64,000 bases of DNA from an uncultured Alphaproteobacteria bacterium (lineage in GTDB: Bacteria; Pseudomonadota; Alphaproteobacteria; HIMB59; GCA-002718135). Below the pieces are notes generated by a model. It was not told the DNA's origin and ran no database searches. It saw only the letters and a list, made by a program, of their open reading frames with translations. A program made the position numbers and the translations under genes. Shown here piece by piece: positions 38,964-46,533 of this stretch (positions within the stretch are counted from its first letter, which is position 1; each line of letters starts with the position of its first letter). The DNA lies in NCBI GenBank assembly GCA_902577425.1, contig CACGZD010000001.1, positions 638,414-702,413 on the forward strand. Direction: 5' to 3'.

Positions 38964-39998
38964 ATGAAGCACAGCACATTCTTATTATTTTCTCTTCCTT
39001 CATTAAGTGTAATGTTTTTATTTATTGCAATACCTATAGTTTCTGTTTTTATTCAATCTCTGCATATTGAGCATAAACAAGTAATAATTGTTACAGAAAA
39101 TTGTGATCCTTTTGGATGTGAGACAACAACAGCTGTGGATACTGAAGCTTCCGCAAAGTTAAAAGAAAAAGCACCTCTTGGTAAATTTAATGGATTTAAA
39201 ACATATTCAAACAGAATGCATTTTGCATTTGATGAAGTAGGAGAAGCTTGGAAGAGCTCGGATAGTTTTACAGTTTTTACTAAAAAATTATATAATTACC
39301 CCCTATATAGAGCGCTCAGTTTCACTCTTACTTACACCTTCGTAGTTACTCCTTTTGTCTTATTTCTTGGTTTTTTAGTTGCCGTTGGAGTTAATAATCT
39401 TCCAAAGATGTTTAAAGGTCCAACAATTTTTGCATCTCTTCTTCCAATGATAGTTACACCTCTTGTTGGTTCATTGATACTTTTCTGGATGGTTGACGGT
39501 GATGGTGTGATTGGGGCTACACTCCAAAAAATATTTAATGATAATTCTCTTAGCTTGAAAGCATCACCTGTGCTTACCTGGATTATGTTGATGGTATACG
39601 GTATTTGGCATTTGATGCCTTTTAGTTTTATTGTTTTTTATGCAGGTCTTCAAACGGTTCCTCAAGAAACAATAGAGGCGGCAACAATAGATGGCGCATC
39701 AAAATTTCAAAGAATACGCCATGTTGTTATTCCTCATTTAATGCCACTTGCTATTTTCATCACTTTAATACTTTTGATGGATAATTTTAGAGTTTTTGAA
39801 CCAATCATAGGTTTTAGAGCAGAAGCGCACGCCACCTCAATATCGTGGTTAATATGGAATCATTTGCGAGAAAGTGCTTACCCTCTCTATAACGCCGCAG
39901 GTGCTACATCTATGGTTACTATTTTTGGTGTAGCAATTTTACTCTTGCCCGTACTAATTCGAACATGGCGAGATTTTAAAGAAAAAAATAAAGGTTAG
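38964..39998 (+). CDS. Carbohydrate ABC transporter permease (MalF-like)
   Basis: EAATIDGASKFQRIRHV EAA motif; multiple TM segments. Confidence 0.9.
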   Translation: MKHSTFLLFSLPSLSVMFLFIAIPIVSVFIQSLHIEHKQVIIVTENCDPFGCETTTAVDTEASAKLKEKAPLGKFNGFKTYSNRMHFAFDEVGEAWKSSDSFTVFTKKLYNYPLYRALSFTLTYTFVVTPFVLFLGFLVAVGVNNLPKMFKGPTIFASLLPMIVTPLVGSLILFWMVDGDGVIGATLQKIFNDNSLSLKASPVLTWIMLMVYGIWHLMPFSFIVFYAGLQTVPQETIEAATIDGASKFQRIRHVVIPHLMPLAIFITLILLMDNFRVFEPIIGFRAEAHATSISWLIWNHLRESAYPLYNAAGATSMVTIFGVAILLLPVLIRTWRDFKEKNKG

Positions 39999-40004
39999 GA
40001 ATTT

Positions 40005-40886
40005 GTGAATACAAAAATTGAAAATAAATTAACCCCAGTTCGTATTATTGCTTTTATATTTGTGGCTCTGTGGTTGGTTATTGCTATGTTTCCTTTTATT
40101 TGGACATTGTGGGGATCTTTCAAAGTACAAGCTGATTTTTTTTCAAAAGCTGATTGGTTAAATGCAATATTTGGCTTTCATACTGAAAAACAAACAGGCG
40201 GTTTTTTTACTATGGATGGATATTATGGCTCTTGGATTGAAGAAGAATTTTGGCGTGCCGTTATTAATACAAGCATAGTAGTATTTTTTACAGTTTTAAT
40301 TTCTCTTACTTTTGGAACTTTAGGTGGTTATGCTCTTGCAAGGTCTACTTATCGCTACGCCTTCTGGATTTTAATGGCAGGTCTTATCTTTCGTGCGATG
40401 CCTCATATGACTTTGATTTCAGGATATCTTCAACCTTTTTTTGCATGGAATGTTTGGGGAATTTTGCCTACAACAATAATTGTGCTTGTTGCAATTAATC
40501 AGCCTTTTACTCTGTGGATGCTACATTCATTTTTTTTAAACATACCAAAAGATTTAGATGAAAGCGCTATGTGCGATGGTTGTAATAGATTTCAAGCATT
40601 TAGATATGTGATCATTCCTATAATGTGGCCAGGGGTAATCACTACTGGATTATTTAGCTTCCTTCTTGCTTACAATGATTTTACAGTTACATCCATGTTG
40701 CTTTCAGATGAAAATGAAACAATGATTCCAGCAATTGCAAGTTTTCTAGGTACTGTCCAAGAAGAAGGTAAAGTAATGTATGCTGTAGCAGCCGTTGTTT
40801 CAGCAACTGCTCCATTATTCTTTTTTGTACTGTTTTTTCAAAGACAGATTGTTAGTGGATTAACAGCTGGAGCAGTAAAAGGTTAA
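40005..40886 (+). CDS. Carbohydrate ABC transporter permease (MalG-like)
   Basis: IPKDLDESAMCDGC EAA motif and FQRQIVSGLTAGAVKG C-terminus; GTG start. Confidence 0.9.
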   Translation: MNTKIENKLTPVRIIAFIFVALWLVIAMFPFIWTLWGSFKVQADFFSKADWLNAIFGFHTEKQTGGFFTMDGYYGSWIEEEFWRAVINTSIVVFFTVLISLTFGTLGGYALARSTYRYAFWILMAGLIFRAMPHMTLISGYLQPFFAWNVWGILPTTIIVLVAINQPFTLWMLHSFFLNIPKDLDESAMCDGCNRFQAFRYVIIPIMWPGVITTGLFSFLLAYNDFTVTSMLLSDENETMIPAIASFLGTVQEEGKVMYAVAAVVSATAPLFFFVLFFQRQIVSGLTAGAVKG

Positions 40887-40891
40887 AAGTA

Positions 40892-41965
40892 ATGAAATCA
40901 GAGCAATTAAAAAAATACTTTGAAGATTATCAAATAGCTACTCAAAATTTTAATAAAAATTCAATAAATAATTCTCTAACTAAATACTTCTCAGAACATT
41001 CTGTGTTTCAATTCTGTTATCCCTTTGGAACGTTTAATGGATTAGATAATTTTTTATCTAATTGTATCAATCCTCTTTTAGAAAGTATTCCAGATCTTGA
41101 AAGAAGAGATATGATTGTTATGGCAGGCACAACACCTGAAGATAAACACTGGGTAGGTACTATGGGTAATTATATGGGAACATTTTTAAAATCATTTTTA
41201 GATATTCCACCAACTGGTAATTTAGTTCATATGCGTTATCATGAGTTTTTCCAAATCGAAAATAATCAGATTATAGAAATGCAATCAATATGGGATCTAC
41301 CTGAACTGATGATCCAGGCCAATGCATGGCCAATGAGTCCTCAGCTAGGATCTTTTTTATGTACACCATCTCCGATGACCGGAGACGGTTTAAAAATAAA
41401 AGGCGATGGATCAAAAAATTTTGATCTTGTGATTAATATGCTTCAAGACATGGTTTTACACCCTAGTAATCCAGATCCACAAGTTATGAATTTAGATAAG
41501 TATTGGCACCCCAGATTTAATTGGTATGGACCAGCTGGAATTGGAACTGGAAGAGGTATAGCAGGATTTCGCCATTGGCATCAAATACCCTTCTTACGTG
41601 CAATGCCGGATAGAAAGGGAGGTTCATCAAATGATAGCTTAAAAAATGAGGGATTGAAGGATATGCAAACTCATTGGATATATGAAGGAGATTATGTCTG
41701 TGAAACTGGTTGGCCAAATATGCGATCTACAATATCACAAGATGGATGGATGGGTATTGCTCCTTCAAACCAGATTATAGAAATGCGGAGTTTAGATTTT
41801 TGGAGAGTTGAAAATAATCTTATAAGGGAGAATTGGGTTTTAGTAGATCTTCTGGATGTTTATCAGCAAATTGGCGTTAATGTTTTTGATAGAATAAAAG
41901 AATTTAACAAAGCAAGAAATGTTGGTGATATTAACATTTCTCAAGGACTTGATTTAATTAAATAA
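40892..41965 (+). CDS. Tandem SnoaL-like / ester cyclase protein
   Basis: IPDLERRD, WYGPAGIGTGRG, HQIPF and RSLDFWR...IRENWV motifs; paralog of 32189-33283. Confidence 0.75.
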   Translation: MKSEQLKKYFEDYQIATQNFNKNSINNSLTKYFSEHSVFQFCYPFGTFNGLDNFLSNCINPLLESIPDLERRDMIVMAGTTPEDKHWVGTMGNYMGTFLKSFLDIPPTGNLVHMRYHEFFQIENNQIIEMQSIWDLPELMIQANAWPMSPQLGSFLCTPSPMTGDGLKIKGDGSKNFDLVINMLQDMVLHPSNPDPQVMNLDKYWHPRFNWYGPAGIGTGRGIAGFRHWHQIPFLRAMPDRKGGSSNDSLKNEGLKDMQTHWIYEGDYVCETGWPNMRSTISQDGWMGIAPSNQIIEMRSLDFWRVENNLIRENWVLVDLLDVYQQIGVNVFDRIKEFNKARNVGDINISQGLDLIK

Positions 41966-41982
41966 ATATTGATATAGAAGAA

Positions 41983-42750
41983 ATGTATTTACAAAAATTT
42001 GAAGTCAAAAACAAAACTGCATTAGTAACGGGAGCAGGAAAAGGTTTGGGAAAAGCATGTGCTATTGCTTTGGCTGAGGCAGGAGCCAATCTCATTATAT
42101 TAAGTCGTACCAAAACTGACTTAACAAAAGTTGAAAAACAAATAATAAAATTAAATAGAAAATGTCGATCAATCGTATGTGATGTAACAAATTATGAAGA
42201 TGTAAAAAAAACTTTTTCCTCCATATCTAAGTTAGATATTCTTGTTAATAATGCTGGAACTAATAGACCTGAATATTTTACAAAAATTAAAAAAAAAGAT
42301 ATGGATGATGTTGTTGATTTGAATATTAAAGCCGCATTTCATATTGCACAATTGGCTTCAAAAATAATGCTAAGATCCAAAAATCGAAAGAAAGTTGGGG
42401 CTTCCATAATAAATATGTCTTCTCAATTAGGAAAAGTAGGAGCTCCACGCCGAAGTGTTTACAATATGACGAAATTTGGAATTGAAGGATTAACCAAAGG
42501 AATGGCTGTGGATTTAGCTAAACATAATATTCGTGTCAATTCAGTTTGTCCCACATTTGTTAAAACGCCAATGGTTGAAAAGTTTTTTAAAGATAAAGAA
42601 TTTATGAAATCTGTATTAAAAAACATTCCTTTAGGCAGAATAGGTTCAGAAAGCGATATTGCTACAGCTGTAGTGTATCTAGCCTCCAATGCATCATCAA
42701 TGATTACTGGCTCATCATTAGTAATAGATGGTGGTTGGACAGCAAAATAA
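41983..42750 (+). CDS. SDR oxidoreductase, HpsO-like
   Basis: TGAGKGLG, NNAGTNRP, YNMTK, CPTFVKTP and DGGWTA motifs. Confidence 0.8.
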   Translation: MYLQKFEVKNKTALVTGAGKGLGKACAIALAEAGANLIILSRTKTDLTKVEKQIIKLNRKCRSIVCDVTNYEDVKKTFSSISKLDILVNNAGTNRPEYFTKIKKKDMDDVVDLNIKAAFHIAQLASKIMLRSKNRKKVGASIINMSSQLGKVGAPRRSVYNMTKFGIEGLTKGMAVDLAKHNIRVNSVCPTFVKTPMVEKFFKDKEFMKSVLKNIPLGRIGSESDIATAVVYLASNASSMITGSSLVIDGGWTAK

Positions 42751-42760
42751 TTAAAATTTC

Positions 42761-42840
42761 TCGGCGCACATACGGCGCACTTAGACACCCGGTATTTACA
42801 TTTTCACGTTTAATTTTTCCTAGAAACTCTAGACATTGTA
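42761..42840. repeat. Right-end arm of Ser module 2 (GGCG tandem repeat plus conserved spacer)
   Basis: The 22-bp motif starts 10 bp after the SDR stop; the second CAC is 63 bp before the tRNA fragment. Confidence 0.88.
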
Positions 42841-42912
42841 TTTAATCAGCACGCTTGGAAAGCGTGTATAGTGGCAACACTATCGAGGGTTCGAATCCCT
42901 CTCTCTCCGCCA
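42841..42912 (+). pseudogene. 72-bp 3' copy of tRNA-Ser(GGA)
   Basis: TTTAATCAGC...CCGCCA; variable arm TAGTG-GCAA-CACTA. Confidence 0.92.
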
Positions 42913-42956
42913 TAAATTAAAATTTTTCTATAACGATATTTCAATAAATATGTGTT

Positions 42957-42978
42957 TTGTCTCACATAGGTCTCACTC
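42957..42978. repeat. Tandem 11-bp arm-type repeat, GTCT type
   Basis: TTGTCTCACATAGGTCTCACTC is 21/22 identical to 30564-85; the second CAC is 62 bp after CCA. Confidence 0.85.
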
Positions 42979-43014
42979 ACGAGCCTATTTTTGATCAACA
43001 TTTCTTTTCATTAA

Positions 43015-43033
43015 TGGTAGGATAATTGTGATG
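43015..43033 (+). promoter_or_regulatory. Putative extended -10 promoter with leaderless start
   Basis: TG-G-TAGGAT-N7-ATG, matching 28900-28918. Confidence 0.5.
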
Positions 43034-43792
43034 TCAAAATTACTCCTCTTTTTTGTATTAGTTTTTTATTCATTTTCAAATTCATATGCTAAACCACCCT
43101 ATTGGGGTACAATATTTGATTTTCCTGATATTATTAATTCTAACGATCCAACAACATTTCAAGAATTAATTTATGTTGGTCAAGATCATCGTGAAATGTT
43201 TGATCGAAGAAAAGGAGGGCGTTGGATAACAAAAAAAGTTTTTTTGTTTAATGCAATTTACGAAGATAGATCAATTGAAATTCAAGTTAATCCCGAGTTT
43301 AATAATTATGAAAATGCTCTTGAAGAAGCTCTTACATATTCTAAAGTAATTGGACGGCTTCCAAATTTTTTACTTACTAATGTTAAAACCATTTGGATTC
43401 ACAAAGGAAATAATGACTATGGGGGTGGCAATCAAAACCTACTTATTCATATCGGGAGGAGCGTAGAATATATTTCAAAAAAAATCCTTGAAGAGACATT
43501 TATTCATGAAGCTGGTCATACTTCGCTTGATTGGGATTGGGGAGGTGTAATTAATAAATCTCAATGGTACAAAGCTGCAAAAAAAGATAAAGAATATATT
43601 TCTGAATACGCAAAACAATATCCAAAAAGTGAAGATGTTGCTGAAAGTATAGTAGCATGGATTGCTGTGCGGTATCGCTTAGATAGAATTTCTAATGGAA
43701 ATGCAGAAATAATTTTAAAAACTATACCTAATCGATTAAAATTCTTTGATGAACAAAATTTTGATATGTATCCATTGGTGCCTCGTGAATAA
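43031..43792 (+). CDS. Secreted zinc-metallopeptidase-like protein
   Basis: Signal peptide MSKLLLFFVLVFYSFSNSYA, HEAGH (HExxH) motif, and downstream SEYA...EDVAES. Confidence 0.65.
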   Translation: MSKLLLFFVLVFYSFSNSYAKPPYWGTIFDFPDIINSNDPTTFQELIYVGQDHREMFDRRKGGRWITKKVFLFNAIYEDRSIEIQVNPEFNNYENALEEALTYSKVIGRLPNFLLTNVKTIWIHKGNNDYGGGNQNLLIHIGRSVEYISKKILEETFIHEAGHTSLDWDWGGVINKSQWYKAAKKDKEYISEYAKQYPKSEDVAESIVAWIAVRYRLDRISNGNAEIILKTIPNRLKFFDEQNFDMYPLVPRE

Positions 43793-43797
43793 TTTTA

Positions 43798-43877
43798 TGG
43801 TAGCACATAGGTTGCACTAGCGCACCCTGTATTTACATTTTCATGTTTAATTTTTCCTAGAAACCCTACACTTTGTT
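43798..43877. repeat. Right-end arm of Ser module 3
   Basis: TGGTAGCACATAGGTTGCACTA begins 5 bp after the stop codon; the second CAC is 63 bp before the tRNA fragment. Confidence 0.82.
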
Positions 43878-43949
43878 TTTAATCAGCACGCTTGGAAAGC
43901 GTGTATAGTGGCAACACTATCGAGGGTTCGAATCCCTCTCTCTCCACCA
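43878..43949 (+). pseudogene. 72-bp 3' copy of tRNA-Ser(GGA), terminal copy
   Basis: Ends TCTCC-A-CCA (discriminator G to A) and is not followed by an arm repeat. Confidence 0.92.
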
Positions 43950-44035
43950 TAAATTAAATATTTAAAAATAAATATTCACTAACAATAAATTGAAAAAATA
44001 AAATAAAAATATAAAGTTTATTTTAGTAAATTAAT

Positions 44036-44839
44036 ATGAATAAATTAAATGTAATTTTGTTAGTAGGAGGCAAAAATACAAGATTAAAAAATTTCAATAA
44101 GCAAAAATTTTCTGTTCCAAAGGCTCTTCAAAAAATAAATTCTAATAACCTTATTTTGCATGTTATAAAAAATTTTACTAATAATGAATTTAATAATTTT
44201 ATATTACCAATAGGGCATTATAAAGAAAGTTTTGAAAACTTTTTTAAAAATAAAAAGAAGATTAATGGAAAAAAATGTTCAATTTTTTTTGATTATAAAA
44301 AATATTTAAAATCAATAAATGATGCCAAAAATACTATTAACATATTACTTTTTAATTCTGGATTAAACTCAAATAAGGCAAAGAGAGCTTTAATGGTTAT
44401 TAACAAACTTAAATTAAATGAATTTGCTATATCTTATGGAGATGGAGTAGGAGATATTAAAATTAATGATTTATATAAAAAACACATTAAATCAAAATGT
44501 ATTGCTTCTTGTGCAGCAGTAAAGCCTAATTCACAATATGGCCATTTTATTTTTAAAAAGAAAACAAATAAAACAAATATTTATACTAATGATGTAATAG
44601 ATTTTATAGAAAAACCAATAATAGACGATTGGGTAAATATAGGCTATTTTTTTTTCAAAAAAAAATCAATAAATTATTTTTTAAAGTATTATAAGGATGA
44701 TTTAGAAATGGGAATTATTAAAAGAATTGCTAATAATAATAAGTTACTAATTCAGAAGCATTATGGTTTTTGGAAATCAGTAGATACTCAAAAGGATGTA
44801 AAAGAATTATCAAAAATATTAAAAAATGATAAAAAATAA
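44036..44839 (+). CDS. Sugar-1-phosphate nucleotidyltransferase (RfbF-like)
   Basis: LLVGGKNTRL, PK, SYGDG, F.EKP, WVNIGYF and GFWKSVDTQKD motifs. Confidence 0.75.
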   Translation: MNKLNVILLVGGKNTRLKNFNKQKFSVPKALQKINSNNLILHVIKNFTNNEFNNFILPIGHYKESFENFFKNKKKINGKKCSIFFDYKKYLKSINDAKNTINILLFNSGLNSNKAKRALMVINKLKLNEFAISYGDGVGDIKINDLYKKHIKSKCIASCAAVKPNSQYGHFIFKKKTNKTNIYTNDVIDFIEKPIIDDWVNIGYFFFKKKSINYFLKYYKDDLEMGIIKRIANNNKLLIQKHYGFWKSVDTQKDVKELSKILKNDKK

Positions 44840-45800
44840 ATTATTTCTTGTTACAGGATGTTATGGATTTGTTGCGCAACATTTAATCCATAATTTATTA
44901 CTAAATAACAATAGAGTTATTGGAATTTATAATAAAAAATATCAACTTAAGATTTTTAATAATAAAAACTATATTAATAAAAAAAAATTAATTGTAAAAA
45001 AAGTTGATATAAGAGATAAAAAATCTTTAATTAACCTTTTTAAAAAATATAAATTTGACTATTGTTATCATCTTGCAGCTATTTCTCAAGTTTTGACATC
45101 AAATCAAAGTCCAGAAGAAACTTATGAAATAAATGTTTTTGGCACTATAAATTTACTAGAATCTTCTAAATTATATAGACCCAAGATTAAATTTATTTTT
45201 AGTTCAAGCGATAAGGCTTATGGAAGTTCCAAAAAATTACCATATAAAGAAGATTTTCCCTTAAATGGATTAAATCCATATGATGCCTCTAAAGCTTGCG
45301 CAGATATTATTTCCAGATCTTATGCGAAAGCATTTAATTTACAAGTTTGTGTAACAAGATTTGTAAATATTTATGGACCAGGAGATGTAAATTGGGATCG
45401 TATAATTCCAGGCACAATTAAAAGTTTAATAAATAATAAAAAACCAATTTTGAGATCTAATGGAAGATTCTTAAGAGATTATTTATTTATTGATGATGTC
45501 ATAGATGGTTACATTATGTTGGGTAAAGCAATGCAGAATAAAAAAGTAAAAGGCATTGCTATTAATTTTGGTTCAGGTAAACCAATTACAGTACTAAATT
45601 TAGTTAAAAAAATGTTAAAAATTAATAATAATAATAGTAAATTCTATATAATAAAAAATAAAGTTAAAAATGAAATAAAAGATCAATATTCAGGATATCA
45701 ACTTGCTAAGGAAACTATTCATTGGAAACCAAAAATATCACTAGAAGAAGGTTTAGTTAAAACTTTTTCTTGGTATAAAAAAAGAATTAAAAAAAATTGA
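44826..45800 (+). CDS. NAD-dependent nucleotide-sugar epimerase/dehydratase (RfbG-like)
   Basis: TGCYGFVA, HLAA, SSDKAYG, YDASK and RFVNIYGPGD motifs. Confidence 0.85.
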   Translation: MIKNKLFLVTGCYGFVAQHLIHNLLLNNNRVIGIYNKKYQLKIFNNKNYINKKKLIVKKVDIRDKKSLINLFKKYKFDYCYHLAAISQVLTSNQSPEETYEINVFGTINLLESSKLYRPKIKFIFSSSDKAYGSSKKLPYKEDFPLNGLNPYDASKACADIISRSYAKAFNLQVCVTRFVNIYGPGDVNWDRIIPGTIKSLINNKKPILRSNGRFLRDYLFIDDVIDGYIMLGKAMQNKKVKGIAINFGSGKPITVLNLVKKMLKINNNNSKFYIIKNKVKNEIKDQYSGYQLAKETIHWKPKISLEEGLVKTFSWYKKRIKKN

Positions 45801-46492
45801 AATTATCAATAATTATTTGTGTTTTTAATGAAGCATCAACCATAGAGGAAATCTATAAAAGAGTTCGAAATGTTAAATTAATTAAAAAAATTGAAAAAGA
45901 GATTATAATTGTTGATAATAACTCAGATGATGGAACTTTGGAAAAATTAAAAAAAATTAAAAAAGATTTAGATACACTTATTATTTTTCAAAATCAAAAT
46001 CATGGAAAGGGAAATTCTATAATTGAAGGCTTAAAACATGCCAAAGGAGAGTATGTGATATTTCAGGATGCAGACTTAGAGTATGATCCTGAAAATTATA
46101 ATAAATTATTAGAAAAAATCATTGATAATAATTTAGATGCGGTATTTGGATCTAGAATCAAAAGCAATGTTAATTATCATGTTTATTATTTAAATAAGCT
46201 AGCTGTAGTTTTTTTTACAAAAATGATCAATATATTTTATAACACTAATTTTAGTGACACTGCCACTAACCATAAATTAATCAAAACTGAAATTTTAAGA
46301 AATTTAAAGCTTAAATCAAAAAGTTTCGCTTTAGATTTTGAAATAGCTATCAAACTTGGTAAAACAAAATGTAAATGTGCTGAAGTTCCTATAGAATATT
46401 CTCCAAGAAAATACAATCAGGGTAAAAAAATTAATTTTATTGATGCTTTTAAAAGTCTATTTGTAATATTTTATTTTTTATTTAAAAATTAA
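45797..46492 (+). CDS. Glycosyltransferase family 2 (DPM1/ArnC-like)
   Basis: SIIICVFNE, VDNNSDDGT, NHGKG, QDADLEYDP and GSR motifs. Confidence 0.88.
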   Translation: MKLSIIICVFNEASTIEEIYKRVRNVKLIKKIEKEIIIVDNNSDDGTLEKLKKIKKDLDTLIIFQNQNHGKGNSIIEGLKHAKGEYVIFQDADLEYDPENYNKLLEKIIDNNLDAVFGSRIKSNVNYHVYYLNKLAVVFFTKMINIFYNTNFSDTATNHKLIKTEILRNLKLKSKSFALDFEIAIKLGKTKCKCAEVPIEYSPRKYNQGKKINFIDAFKSLFVIFYFLFKN

Positions 46493-46533
46493 AATATTTT
46501 TTGATAATAATATATAGAAGGTGACTAGATAGT

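Larger units (their letters stand above)
30644..42912. mobile_element. Integrase-less tRNA-Ser cassette, Ser module 2 (period 12197 bp), catabolic cargo
   Basis: Bounded by tRNA-Ser 3' repeats, with identical 22-bp arm repeats at 30760-81 and 42761-82; eleven cargo genes and no recombinase. Confidence 0.82.
42841..43949. mobile_element. Integrase-less tRNA-Ser cassette, Ser module 3 (period 1037 bp), single gene
   Basis: tRNA repeats at both ends, arm repeats at 42957 and 43798, and one cargo ORF filling the interior. Confidence 0.82.

Noticed and set aside
17383-43949. CRISPR array interpretation of the recurring repeats
   Set aside because: The repeats are tRNA sequence separated by 1-12 kb of genes. 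There are no 30-40 bp spacers and no cas genes.
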